64,000 bases of DNA, from contig OX597820.1 of NCBI GenBank assembly GCA_951406725.2, positions 81,096,001 to 81,160,000 on the forward strand, read 5' to 3'. The position numbers and the translations under genes were made by a program. Under the pieces are notes generated by a model, which did no database searches, was not told where the DNA came from, and saw nothing but the letters and a program-made list of their open reading frames with translations. Shown here one piece after another: positions 25,636 to 38,989 of the stretch (within the stretch, counting starts at the first letter, position 1; each line of letters opens with the position of its first letter). This DNA comes from Octopus vulgaris (Eukaryota).

Positions 25636-28600
25636 TCTGAAGTAACAAGGTCCATTATCCATCTAAAGAAAGTCTCTAGAATTTGCAAGAAGAGTCTTGT
25701 GCCAAAGAAATGTAAGGGAAAGTTACAAATAGAACCAAATAATGAGGAAAAAGATGAGTAAAATGAGAGGATATTTGATGACAGTCATATGTTGATGGCC
25801 ACATGTTAAAAGGTAACAAGTTGATACTATTTTTCTGTTCTTGCAATCTATCATTTCTGCTCATTCAGCCTCATTTTTTACCTTTTTGAGTTACTGATCT
25901 CTTTTGGTTAATTATAATGACCATTGGATCACAGTAAGTTATTGCTACTTACTTTATCAGTCCAGGAGGAATAACATGTAAATTTGTCTCAGGTTTAAAA
26001 CTCAAGAGAGGCAAAACTAAATACTGGTAGACCTTTAGTACCACCTGCTGCTGTTTCTGACAACTGAGTAACTTTTATGCATAAAAGGAACGACTAAGAT
26101 GAATACAAACCCCCTCTATGTTATTACTATTTATTTAGGAAAGACAAAGTTGGATGTGGTGCAGCTTGAACTCAAAATATAAAGCAGTATCTTAAATAGT
26201 GCAGGGCATTTTGTCTAATTCTCCAACCACTCTGCTAATCCTCCAACCTTTTATACCTCTCAGAAAAATTAATCTAAACATTGTAATGACATTAAAATAA
26301 TCTAACATCTTAAAAAAGTCTTTAAATTATTGCATTGATTATATATATACACACACATACATATATATATATAATCTGTACTATAATGGAGAAAGCTGCT
26401 TATTAACTAGGTATGTAACAATTACTAAAAGTACTAAAAGAAAGCAATTATCAAAGGGTTGACTGTCTGGAAATATTTTTATAAATTCATGTTCTAAGAA
26501 ATTAACTATAATTTCAATTTCTCAAGTTTATAGAATTTTGTAAACTCCAATTTTTTGCATATTTAAATATTCATTGCCTTCACTGCGTCCAATTCTTCCT
26601 AAATTTAAATATTTGCTGCATTTACTGTGGAGTATTCCATTTTTATTTGCAAAGTCTCACTTTCTCTTTTAATGTTTTCATTTCAAGTTTTAATTCACTA
26701 TTTGGAAAACTGACAGTTTATTCTATTAATATATACATAATGTAAAAACATTATTTATTGAATGAAAATTTTTTAAAATACCCATATAATTTTTGTAAAA
26801 AAAATTTAGAAGTGATTTTGTTGTTATGGCTATTTGGAACACTATAAGCCTTACAATAATAACAATCCGGACCAAGTTTGGCCATTTTCCCTTTCCATTC
26901 TTACATGTATCGACGTTTTTTCAATATTTTTCTCCCATTAAACACATTTTATTAAATGATGATGGCAAAGTAACACACGTGTAGGCCATTGGTAGAAAGA
27001 AAACAACAAAATAAATTGCAATCTAAATTTTTACCCCCACCGTTGCTTTGAAACCGTGACCTGTACACTGACAAAACTTCATGCTGCATCACTTAGTGAA
27101 TTTTTGTAAGTGAACAGATCACTGTTTCAAAGTGGCAAAAATATTTTGCCATAAATTAAATTTAAATGTTGAAGTGAAACTAACAGAGGGCAGAGAGTGG
27201 AGTTGCAAAAAACTCATAATTTCTCAAATTTTTATTTTTATAGCATATAAATGTATCTATGGGGAAAAAATATTAATAAACATGAATACATGCAAGAGTG
27301 ATAAAGAAATGAGGAGGGTTGTCCTTAGAAATGCTAGACACAATAGCCAAATTGCCCTTAAATCACTCACTTTCCCTCTGAATATATTAACAATCTTTTC
27401 TTTTTTACTGAAAATGCTCTTACCATGGTTTTGAAGTACAAAAAAAAAATTGGCCAAAACAGGTCTGAAGTGGAATGATGAGGGAGGGGTGGGGTTATAA
27501 AAAAAAAAGTTTACAAAACTATTTTTAATACAAAGATGCCCCCCACCAATCCCATCATTTTGAAGGCTGTGGTTTAAAAAAAATGGGGAAAATCCCTGAA
27601 AAAATTTTCCCCACAAATTTCTTTAAAGTCATAATCTATGCTGTTTGAAAGGGATTTGTATAAATTTTCATTAAGAAATACTCATCTTCCTGAAAGTTAT
27701 GAGAGAAAAAGTCAGATCATGTGAATTTTCTAAAACTCTTCTCTCCACCCCCTCAGAAAAATTCTTTCCAATAAATCTTTATATACTCTGAAGTCAAACA
27801 TCTAAGCGGTATTTGTAGAAAATTTTGTTAAAAAGTATCCATTTTTCTGGATATTATGAGGCAACAAATTCAGGGGCATATATATATGTAGTAATACCCT
27901 TTTATTTATACGATTTTTTCATTTCATGTTTACTTCATTCATTGTTTGCAATGTTATCTCTCCCCACTCTCTCTCTCTCTCTCTCACACACACACTGCAA
28001 AAGCTGAATTGTAATCTCTATGTTGCTTTGAGGAGAAGGTAAAACTTGCCAAATTGCTTCTCCTTCAGTAACTGATCTACTGTGATGTTTGTTTAAAAGA
28101 GAGACAAAAGAGACTGATAAAATAATGAAAGCAATATTTACTAAGCAAGTGAGCACTATTATACAAAGAAATAATTAGACGTAAAATATAAAAATTATTA
28201 GAATTAGGGATCAAATGCGAAAATATTATTAAGGGGCTAGCAGAAAACTGCCCAGATGTCAGTGCAATCATTTAAAGACATTTTTATACATACACACACA
28301 CATATAAATATATATATACACACATACATACACATTTACAAATTACAATAAAAATTGAATGATAGAATGGTATTTCTAAAGAAGGAAACAGTAATGGAAA
28401 GAAAACAGAAATTTCGCATCATTTAAATCAACAATGCCTTAAAGAAACTGTTATTCCAGTGTCAATTGAGTAATGATTAACCTACTTAAGATCATTAAGA
28501 GATCATTGTCATATTTTTCATAAATTTGCAACATTACTTTTCCTGTAATACATAATTTTATAATTAAATCATAAAAATATTTAAGTAAATAAATGGCATA

Positions 28601-28839
28601 ATCTTTTTTGTAATTAAACTTTATTGAGTGCAACAGCTTTATCTCATCTAACTAAAATGCTTTTGGGTAAAATAAAGAAATTTCAAATTTTTACTTTGAT
28701 ACATGAACGAGTTCCCTATAACTGGTAAATTTCAAGATATCAAATAATTCCTCCAACAGAAATATTAATAAACAGCAAATGTGAATTTAAGGCTGTCATT
28801 ATATTCTAGAAAATGAAAGCAGAATTTATTCCATTTTAC

Positions 28840-28847
28840 CTGCTCAT
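28840..28847 (-). CDS. Caspase first coding micro-exon (exon 28840-28866; ATG at 28847-28845)
   Basis: tttttcatttgttcag|ATATAAGTAACACAAAAAT ATG AGC AG|gtaaaa; the phase-2 end joins T-GGA of the next exon to give MSSGDKK; in-frame TAA upstream of the ATG and A at -3. Confidence 0.7.
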
Positions 28848-29559
28848 ATTTTTGTGTTACTTATATCTGAACAAATGAAAAATCTAAATAATAGTTAAAT
28901 GTAGAACAATGGAGTGAATTAGAATTGAAATCTATACCAATTAATGGAATGCCTTTTCTCTATATGAGTTTTCAATTGGCAAATTACAACTGGCTCCAAC
29001 TAAAGTCTTTTTGTAATTGTTCTGTATATTTCTTCTTATTTTATCTCCTAAAAATTATTTTCTTAAAACATATTCTCTTCCTCTTTAGTAGCTAGAGATA
29101 TTTATGAATCATGGTCAACCATTAACAATTCCATTATCACTGATATTATCTGTCCAATTTGAGATATTAATGCAGAAATCAAGCTGAAACAGTGTGTTGT
29201 TGATTTCTTTATTGTAAAATATTAAACATTGGAACCATTCTGTTCTATTTCAAGCTGTCTACACTGTTTTATTATTAATAGTTGAAATCACTTCTAACTG
29301 AAACAATGCAACATAACATTTTAATTCCAGTTTCATACAAGAAATAATTGCATCACACTTCACTAATTTTGTAAAATGAACCTACTTTAAAAGCTCTTTA
29401 AAACAGCTGTCACATTTGTGGATTTGTATTTATTCAAATTGATGTCTGATATTAGAATATCCCCATCATTATTTGAACATTTATTTTTCTGTGTTGGTGT
29501 GGGTTGGTCAGCTTTGCAGTAGAGCATATCACGAATTTGTGGCCTCATTTTGAGTTTTT

Positions 29560-31950
29560 GCTATTAAAAATTGTGAGAACCAATACACTTGGTCCGAAAC
29601 CGCCTGCTTTCAGGGTGGTTTCCAAGTAGCAATGGTCAACCCCATCTAATGCTTTCGATTGATCCAAATTGATCAGAGCACCCCTGAAACCAGCTTTGGC
29701 CCCTGCCCTCTCTGTGATCATCATCATCACCATTTAACATCCGCTTTCCATGCTGGCATGGGTTGGATGGTTTGACTGAGGACTGGTGAACCAGAGGCTG
29801 CACCAGGCTCAATCTGATCTGGCAAAGTTTCTACAGCTGGATGCCCTTCCTAATGCCAACCACTCTGAGAGTGTAGAGGGTGCTTTTTATGTGCCACTGG
29901 CACGACGGCCAGTCAAGCAGTTCTGGCAATGACTATGCTCATGCTCAAAAGGCGCTTTTACATGCTACCTGCATAGGAGCCAGTCCGGCAGCATTGGCAA
30001 CAACCATGCTCGAACGTTGTTTTTCACATGCTACCAGCACTCATGCTGATAAGGCGATGCTGGCTACGATCATGCTCAAATGGTGCTTTTCATGTGTCAC
30101 TGGTATGGGAGCCAATCTGTAGCCCTGGCAACGGTCACGCTCAGATGTGCTTTAAATGTTCCACTGGCACGAGTGCCAATCAGGTGGTACTATCATCGGC
30201 CATGTCAGCGATTTTGGTTTGTTTACACTTGCCCCAATAGGTCTTCACAAGCAAAGTTCATGGTCCAATGAATGAGGGGTACTCATAAGTGGGCCAGTTA
30301 CACCCTATGTTCAGATGTGCTTTTAATGTTCCACTGGCATGAGTGCTAATCAGGCGGTACTGTCGGTGACCATGTCAGCAATTTTGATTTCACTTGCCTC
30401 AACAGGTCTTCACAAGCAAGGGTTATTGTCCAATGAATGAGGGGTATTCATAAATGGGCTGGTTACACCCACTAGCATAGGCCATGGGCTATGGTCTCAC
30501 TTGGCTTGTTGGGTCTTCTCAAATACAGCATATCTCCAAAAGTTCCTGGTCACTAGTCATTACCTCAGTAAGGCCCTCAGCTGCTAGGGTGTGACACTTT
30601 TTTACACAGCTGTCCTCATTCATTCGCAACACATGACCATACCAGCGCAGTCATCTCTCTTGAACACCACATCTGATGCTTCTTAAATCCAACATTTCTC
30701 TCAGGGCGCTTATACTCTGTCGTGCATGCACACTGACATTACACATCCAGCGGAGCATACTGGCTTCATTCCTTGTAAGCTTACGCATGTCCTCAGCAGT
30801 TACGGCTCATGTTTCACTGCCATGTAGCATGGCAGTTCGCACACATGCAGTCTACCTTTTACTCTGAGTGAGAGGCCCTTTGTCACCAGCAGAGGAAGGA
30901 GCTCTCTGAACTTTGCCCAGGCTATTCTTATTCTAGCAGCTATACTTTTAGAGCATCCACTCCTGGTACTGACTTGGTCCCCTAAGTAACGGAAGCTATC
31001 AACTACTTCTAGTTTTTCTCCTTGGAATTTAATAGAAGCTGTTCTCTGCACATTTTCTGTATTTATAGCACCTGAGCATTTGCCACATACAAAAACTATC
31101 TTCCTAGTTAACCTCCCTTTGATATTGCTGCACCTCTTATGTGTCCATAGCTTACACTGGGTACATCTTATGGAGTTTCTACCTATGCCTTTTCTACAGA
31201 TCGAGCAGAGTCATCTACCTGTAGGGATTTGTGGTTTGTCTGCCTTCCTACTTATTAACACTTTGGTTTTGCTAGGTTGACTCTAAGGCCCTTGAATTCT
31301 AATCCTTGTTTCCACACCAGAAACTTTTCCTCTAGTTCTGATAGTGACTTGGCAATTAGAGCAAGGTCATCAGCATAGAGGAGCTCCAAGGGGCACCCAG
31401 TCTCGAATTCCTCTGTTATTGCCTGGAGGACTATGAAATATCACATAAAGTGGAGGTTGTCATGGATAGACCTACTCAGGTTTGCACTTCCCTGACCAAG
31501 CTACTGATGACAAGTGCCAGACTTTTTGCAAACACCTTTGTATGAATATTTGTGCTTTTGCCTTCTTTCTGCATCAGTTTGCTGTTGCTCTTGCGAATGA
31601 CTGTGAAGTTGATGAGGCGTTTGGGTTCTCTACTAAGTTGTACAAGTTTTTCTTGTGATTGTTGTTTCTCTTTGTGTATTTGTTTCTGTTTTGGTGCTTT
31701 TTGTAGTTGTGTTTCAATGAGTGTGCATTGTTTTTGTTATTGAGATTTGGTTGAGTGTGTCGGTATTTTTGTTAGTGTAGCTGATGGATTAGGTGAATTT
31801 TCCTGGCCCTGTCTCTTCACTTTCAGCTTAGGATGGCCTTGTCTTCTATTTTACTTCTTTTTCCCAACAGAAAATAGAAGGATGGCCTTCAGCAGGTTTT
31901 CTAGATAACTTTAACACTACAGTGAGAAACATTGGTCAGGATGGGGATGA
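29560..31950 (-). mobile_element. Tx1/L1-clade LINE relic split by the RTE copy
   Basis: KVFAKSLALVISSLVREVQT..RSIHDNLHFM*Y (31437-31530) continues as ERAGAKAGFRGALINLDQSKALDGVDHCYLETTLKAGGFGP (29590-29716); the extension to 31950 (ORF1-like remnant) is weaker. Confidence 0.75.
29717..31436 (-). mobile_element. Second RTE copy (3' half: RT C-terminus, PHD finger, 3' UTR array, GAT tail)
   Basis: Reverse complement matches 11405-12968 (LYADD, KLEVVDSFRYLGDQVS, IRIAWAKFRELLPLLVTKGLSLRVKGRL); internal deletion near 30575. Confidence 0.93.
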
Positions 31951-32126
31951 TGTCTAAGAAATACATATAAATTACCTAACTTTATATATATGTATATATG
32001 CTTTTTCATTTCATTAAATTTTAAAATCTTTTGCCTTTTAAAATTTTATTTTATTCAGCTATTTATTTTTTATAATTTTATAATTTTTATTGGTGTTATT
32101 ATTGTCGTTGTTGTTGTTATTATTGC

Positions 32127-32343
32127 TGGCAGAATTGTTAGCACACTCAGTGAAATGTTTAGTGGTATTTTGTCTGTCTTCACATTCTGAGTTCAAACTC
32201 CTCCAAGGTGGACTTAGCCTTTCATTATTTTGGGGTTGATAAATTAAGTACCAGTGAAACACTGGGGTCGATGTAATTGACTGGCCCCCTCCTACAAAAT
32301 TTCAGGCCTTGTGCATATAGTAAAAAGGATTATTATTATTATT
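32127..32343 (+). mobile_element. tRNA-derived SINE family B with (ATT)n tail (relics near 14660-14975, 21510-21710, 26100-26250, 59480-59880)
   Basis: TGGCAGAATTGTTAG A-box-like, GAGTTCAAACTC B-box, GCCTTTCAT..GGGGTTGATAAATTAAGTACCAG, ATT tail. Confidence 0.75.
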
Positions 32344-35266
32344 GCCTAAAATTACCTTTTATTTTGTAAAATCCCTTTAGTTCTTTTAATTTTTAGTTTA
32401 ATGTTAATTTTATAAATTTTAATTTTAGTTTGAATTTTAATCCGTAATCTATTTAGTCATTAAAATTTTTTAAACTCCTTTAATGAGTTTAATTTGAAAT
32501 TACATCCAGCCGCCACTGTTATTTGACTTTAAATAACTCAATTTGATTTTATCTTATTTCAACCTCACATCTCTCAATCTATCAGTATTTTATATGCTAG
32601 CTAGCCAAAGTTTTCTAAACCTTTCCACCATAATATGATTACTACTGATATGTCATTCATTTTCTAATACAATTCCCCTGCTATGCAAGAGAGTACTAAT
32701 GACTGTAAATGGTCATGTCAAAATTTAACACAACATTTGGAGACCATCTATCCTAAAAGCAATGCAAATATGTTCACGTGTGTTGACCTGATTATATAAT
32801 GTTTTATGAATGACCTTTTCCCAAATTTCGGCCATCCTATCCCTCATCTTCAATTGAGTGAACCCTTCCTCTATTCTTTGTATTTCTTCCTCTCTTTCCT
32901 TTTTTCTCTTCACTTAAATACTTCCCTTCCAAATCGTAATTTGCTTTCCCTTTCTTCTTTATCTCTATTTCACTTGCCTCTTTCTTTCTCTTTCCCTCCC
33001 TCCCTTATTCTTTCATTGTTCTGCTTTGTAATAAGCAGAAATGGCTCTGACAAAAGTAGCATTAACTTTTTAGGTCGTTCAATTTTTCTCAACTTATCGA
33101 TAGACCAGTTGAATAAACCTCTCAGTAATGTACCTATAATGACTACTGGAAACAGCTGCAAGCCAAATTTACTCTAATAAAGGCAAAATATATAACGACC
33201 TTTATTTATACCTTGTCACACATACATACATATATATGGTCTACTAAATCCACTCACAAAAGTTTGATCAGCTTGAGGCTATAGTAGCTGCCACTTGCCC
33301 AAGGTGCTGCACAGTGGGATTGAACCCGAGACCACATGGTTGGAAAGCAAGCTCTTTAACTACACAGCCATGCTTGTGCCTAATATGAAATAAAAGTGGA
33401 ACCTACTTTCAACCAAATAAATTTAGGCAGACAAAAATATGTGCTTTGTTCATTGCCTAGGGATACAATACTTAGCTGTGTTATGAAGATTTGATATTGT
33501 AACTAAAGTAAGTAGTTGAGCAGCTTCCTTGTAAGGCATTGTTCTTAAAGAGATGGTTCTTTACTATAGTTAGGTGATCTCAGCTCAGTCAAAAGTAATG
33601 ACAGAGTTGATGTAGATTGTAATGTTTGCAAAAATTAGATGAAATTCTTTCAATTCAATGGAAATTTAACAATGATGTAACCAAGTGCTTTCAATCTTAA
33701 TAGAAACTAAAATATGAGAAATCAAAATAATTTGACTGTAAAGAGAAGAATGCATTTTTATGTTCATATAAAAGAATGATTACTAAATAGTCACGCCTTC
33801 ATCCACTTCAGTCTACAATATCTAGTTCTCACACACACACACATTCTCTGTACTTTGTACAATTCTGTACCATTCTTTACATAAGCCCACTCTATACCCT
33901 CTCCTCTTCCACATTAATCAACCTAGTTGTGTTACTCTGGATACTTAAAACCATCAACCCTTCTTCCCAGAGGAACTCTTCTCACTTACATATTCCTTGA
34001 AGTTATCAGCTTACTAGAGCTTAAACTGATCCATATTAACCTACATAATCTCAGATTTGTATAGGTGATATTTTATCATTCAGTTAATGATTTCAAGAAA
34101 TTACAGGCATTCTTCCTCTGCACACACATAAATAACCATTTTCAGACTAATATGACAACATATGGCAACACACAACTTGTGAGGCTAACAAGTTTTTTTG
34201 TTTCTTTTTAAATACATGGCCTTGGGTTCAGTCCAACTGTGTGCCCCCTTGGACAAATATCTTTTGCTTCAACTTTGGGTTGACGGAAGCTTTGTAAGTA
34301 GAATTTGATAGTTAGAAACTGTATGGAAGTCCTTTGGAAAGACTTACTGATTTTGAGTGGTAGACTTAATTTGTTCAACCCAAAACCTTGTCTTTGGGTG
34401 CTTTTACAGGAACCATTCTGTTGCAAGTATTGAAGCCAAGTCTTCAGTTTGAGAGTAATTTATGACAGTCATGGGATTTGACCTTTCTCCTTTGATACAA
34501 AAACATTGTTAATTTATGAAGAGAAACTGAGTAGAAGTAGCAGTAGTTTTGAAATATTCTGAAGAGAGAAAGAGAGAGAGAGTGTGTGTGTGTGTATTGT
34601 TGATTCGTTGCTCTGGATACTACAATAGTTATTTTCTCCAATGCTGAGAGAGAGAGAGGGGGGGGGGAGTGGAATTAATCTGTCAGAAGAATAAAGACAT
34701 CTGTATTAACTGTATTAACATTAAAACACACATGAAGAAATAAGAGGTTTGGGAAAACTTAGTAATAACTGTGATGAGAAAAAGAACTGCAAAACAGATG
34801 AAAACGGTAAAATTTCTTGGTGTGTATAGAGAATAATGGCCAGACAACTTTTACAGCAGACAATGAGATGTATGCAAATATTTACTTGTTTTTTTTTTGT
34901 TTTTGTTTTTCTAGGATAAAGAAATAATGCCTTCCTTCTCTAAATATTTTAGAAGCATTTTAAATACTATTTTTTTATAATGCATTTCAATAGAGTATGT
35001 CTAATAAGTATAGCTTTGTTTACAATAATGTTTACATGATTTTCAGGTTTTAGCATTATTTTATGACATGATAGCCACTTGAGTCAATGCTAAATCTAAG
35101 CAGTTGTCAAACAATCAGTTATTTCATTTTTTTTTATTTTTCTTCTGTTTTGTAATATTCAGTCAAGATCTTAATTGTTGTTGATGCTTGTTTAGCCTTG
35201 AATCAGCTGACAGAGTAGACACGTGACCAAAGGTATTCAAACTGAAACTATCTTGTCTAGTTTTGT

Positions 35267-35532
35267 TTAACTCTTTAACATTTAAACCAGACATATATTC
35301 TACTTGTTCTATATCAAAATTGGCCAAATCTGGCTTCTCACATCTACCAGATAATGTTATTCGAAACAAAAAATTGCATCATTAAAATCTTAAAATTACG
35401 ATATAATGCATGTTTAATTCAAAACAATGTGAATAAATAAGAATTACAACCCATGCTAGCATGGAAAGCGGACGTTAAACGATGATGATGATGATGATGA
35501 TGATTTGACAGAATAGTCTGCTAAAAGGCTAA
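35267..35532. mobile_element. TTAA-flanked (piggyBac-type) MITE, decayed
   Basis: TTAACTCTTTAACA ... TGCTAAAAGGCTAA inverted ends. Confidence 0.5.
35448..35504 (+). mobile_element. Extremely 5'-truncated RTE tail
   Basis: AACCCATGCTAGCATGGAAAGCGGACGTTAAAC(GAT)n, near-identical to 12919-12968. Confidence 0.85.
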
Positions 35533-36747
35533 GAAGTAGGTAGAGATACAATATCTAATGTATCTTTGCTCTTTCACTGAAGGCTTGGTATGCCCTTTAC
35601 TCACTAACTTAGACAAAACATCAACTTTCTTCTCATTCTAAATTTGGTGATGCAAGCCAAAGAAGGGACTGGGGCATTCATGTGGTTAATTGATATTCCA
35701 AAAACAGCTACAAAATCTTTTCAGATCACATCCTATTCTATAAAAATACTAAAAAGGGAGGATATTTGGAAAATGTAGCTGTACATAAAAAGATGTGATG
35801 ACCATAACTGGAATACTTTTGACCATAAGCCAGTTTGATCAAGACTGGCATAGAGCAATACAACACTGGTAGTATTTGGTCAATGTAATTCTAACTTTAC
35901 TATAACAAATCTAGATTTTGAATTTAACAATAGAACTTCATAAATACAGTTACTGTCTTTGTAGTGATTAATTCAGTATCATGTCTGATTAACTCCTTAC
36001 AATGGCAGAACAGCATCATTAAGAATGGTGGACAAATAAATTACACTGAATAGATCAGACTAATCTCTAAACTTAATACAACACAATACATTAAGGTGGT
36101 GAGTAGTATTGTTATTTTGACTCCTTGGAAAGCAAAGCATAATGTAAAATAATGAAAGGATTTCTGATGGAAAGAAGTTATTGATTATAAATTACTGTAA
36201 TATTCAAAGTATCTGCATGTTTTAATTGAGAAAATCGAAGAAAAATAGAGGTGATAAGAACATCTGTATATTCTTTGTTGAATATCAAAGAATTCTTATA
36301 AAATGTTGTCTTCCCATAAAAGCAAGGAAAAGACGTAAAGTTTTTTTACAGTGGAAAAGGTCAGATAACTGTGACTAGGACTGAATAAGCAATACTAATT
36401 GCAAGAAGTTTCTCTTTGTTATCTGTTTTATATTTATTGATCTCAAGAGAAAGATTGCTTCCAATGTTTAATGGTTTGTCGCTGAAAGAATGCCATAATA
36501 TGCAAATTGTTGAGTTAGAAATGGAACCAACCATATACGCCTACCAGCCTGCCTGCCTATGATATATATTTTTTTTAATATTTAGCAGAAAGCAACATAG
36601 TGACTCAAGGGCTGAGAGTTTTGAGTGTTGGCTCTTATCAAAGTTTGATGATAATAAAACTATACATATACTTATATTTTGAGCTCTATTTTCCTTGTTT
36701 GCATCACCACGCGCGTGCGTGCGTGTGTGAGAGTGAGTGAAAGAGAG

Positions 36748-36990
36748 AGGACACATGATCTAGTGGTTAGGGTGTTGCACTCACAATCATGAGGTCATGG
36801 TTTCAGGTCCTAGGTGCATTGTGTTCTTGAGCAAAACACTTCATTTCATGTTGCTCTGTGATCACTTTGACACCTGACATGTGGTACACCGAGCACTTGT
36901 TCTGGCAATGTTGATCTGATGGAGAGGGTGAGCTAATGTACAACATATACATTTTGATCACTATAAATAAAATCATTTGTGCGGAGAATC
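36748..36990 (+). mobile_element. Old tRNA-derived SINE (related relic at 23165-23420)
   Basis: TGATCTAGTGGTTAGGGTG A-box, B-box-like segment, TTCTTGAGCAAAACACTT CORE-like segment. Confidence 0.65.
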
Positions 36991-37250
36991 CATCATTATC
37001 ATCAACTTATATATGTATAGATACATATATATACACACACATAGGTGGGTTTTTTTCTAATTTTTTATATATATATATATTATATTGTATGAAATTTGAT
37101 TTAGTATTTCTAAATTGAATTTTTTTCCCTGTAAGTTTGGATTTATATTCCGTCAAATAATTATTATATATATATAAATCTGTTAATTCATCTGAAATGA
37201 TAAATTATAGGACGTAACATGAATGTAGAGTATGCTTTAATACGTTATGT

Positions 37251-37720
37251 ATAACTGAAAGGCTCCAATTTCAAGTACTCAGAGTTACTCATCTCCTATC
37301 ATCAGCTGGTAAACAGAGCCTGGTTTTCTTTTGAAATATTCACTGTTTGAATATTTTTTGAAATGTGAAATGGAAGTGTGAAGACAATGCTTACCCTTAT
37401 GTTCTTTGTGAACAATATATTTGCAAAAATGGCTACTTCAAGCTCACATTTTAATTTTATTTGTGGATCTCGTGGTAATATGTTGCATGCAAGAACCATA
37501 TAAACTTCAATAAAGCTGTAGCACATCTTCTATCAGTGATTGTAATAACAGTTTTTGAATATGGGTTCTATTAACCCAATACATGTTTTAAGTTCATCGT
37601 TGCCATTTCATTCAACCTTAGTGCTGTAATAGTTTGAACAAAAGAAAAGCTGGAGTGGTTTTAGCAGTTAATGATTGGAGATGAATAAACTCTGAGTACT
37701 GGGAACTGGAGCCTTCCAGT

Positions 37721-37723
<3 letters not shown>
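37251..37723 (-). mobile_element. PLE 3' fragment (GIY-YIG remnant) bracketed by about 60-bp inverted pLTR copies
   Basis: Minus strand CIGLIEPIFKNCYYNH..ATALLKFIWFL (cf. YIGLTE..FK.RYYNH..STxLSKFIW); 37251-37313 is the inverted match of 37660-37723. Confidence 0.7.
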
Positions 37724-37766
<43 letters not shown>

Positions 37767-37774
37767 TGTTTTAT

Positions 37775-38130
37775 CTTTTATATTTTACATGTTTCAGTCA
37801 TTGAACTGTGGCCTTGTTGGGTATTGCTTTGAAGAGCTTAATCAACCCCAGTACTTATTTTTAAGTCTAGTATATATTGTCAATCCCTTTGACTGAATTG
37901 TGAAGTTCTGGGGATGTAAACAAACCAACACTGCTTGTCAGTCAGTAGTAGGAGGACAAGGCAAACACAGACAAACATATACATTATATATTATTCCATG
38001 GGCTTCCTCACAATTTTCATCCATCAGATTCACTCATAAGAGATTGATTTGCCACAGCTATAGTAGCAGACACTTGACCAAGGTTCTGTACAGTAGGATT
38101 GAACCCCAAACCAACAGGAAACTCCTTGCA
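37775..38130 (-). mobile_element. Old SINE family A copy (other decayed copies near 1745-1880, 22905-23050, 33235-33381, 34213-34330, 62220-62360)
   Basis: Diverged reverse complement of family A. Confidence 0.7.
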
Positions 38131-38139
38131 TAGCAGTGC

Positions 38140-38900
38140 TACTGAGGGACACTGATAGTTTGAGATAAACTTTACAGGCACAGAAGTGCCATTAGACAGT
38201 ATAACCCAAGTTGCATGAACTACAACAAAACTGTAGTGCACATACCTGTGCAGTTTTGGAGCATTGCTGACTTGTGAAGTTATGTCAAACAGCTGTTATC
38301 ACATGAAGGACAAATCAAACTATTGTCTGACTGCCGATATTAAACAGAGCAGGGCAAGTAGTGTTCCTCTGTTCAATAGCTATGGTGAAAGAAGTAGTGT
38401 AGGATAATGATGAAAAGATTGAGGTCAGATATTTTCCACTCTGGTCAAGCCATCATCGATTTTTTTTTTTAAAGTTAAACTTGGAAAGGTAAGTGAAGGC
38501 GGAGAAGGAAGTGCTCTCTCCCAGTGAATTTGTCAAAGAGTGGGTGACTGTGGCAAAAATAGTTAGGGTGAATGGACCTATTCTAAGCTTGTGCCTGTAG
38601 ACTACCAAGGGCAAGAGCCTGTGCTCTTGGTGGTCAGGGGAATCCTGGATCTGTGGGGTTCATTGACTGGTCCTAGTTGGAGGTTCTCTTATATCAGGAG
38701 GACTGCATCATAGATGTGTTCACATACTTTACACACTATGAACACGTTTATCTCATTTCCCCTTCCTCTCCCTTTCTTTCCCCTTGTCTTTTATATAAAC
38801 CCATGAACAAACTGTAAACTGTCCTTTTAGTGTCTCCCATCTGATTTCCCTGCAGTAAATAAAAGAAATTTTCATTGTTATTGCTTTTTGTTGTTATTAT
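38140..38900 (+). mobile_element. Tx1/L1-like LINE 3' end relic
   Basis: SGQAIIDFF..KAEKEVLSPSEFVKEWVTVAKIVRVNG C-terminal remnant, then UTR with AATAAA and a TTA/TTG tail; family assignment is from recollection. Confidence 0.5.
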
Positions 38901-38989
38901 CATCAGTATTTGGATAAAAGTTTTGTATTTGCATTTTCGAGATGGTAGCTTGAATTAAAAACATACACACACACACAGTCATCATCGTC

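Noticed and set aside
26370-27890. Possible non-autonomous DNA transposon or Helentron-like element
   Set aside because: Composition is suggestive but I could not define termini or a TSD
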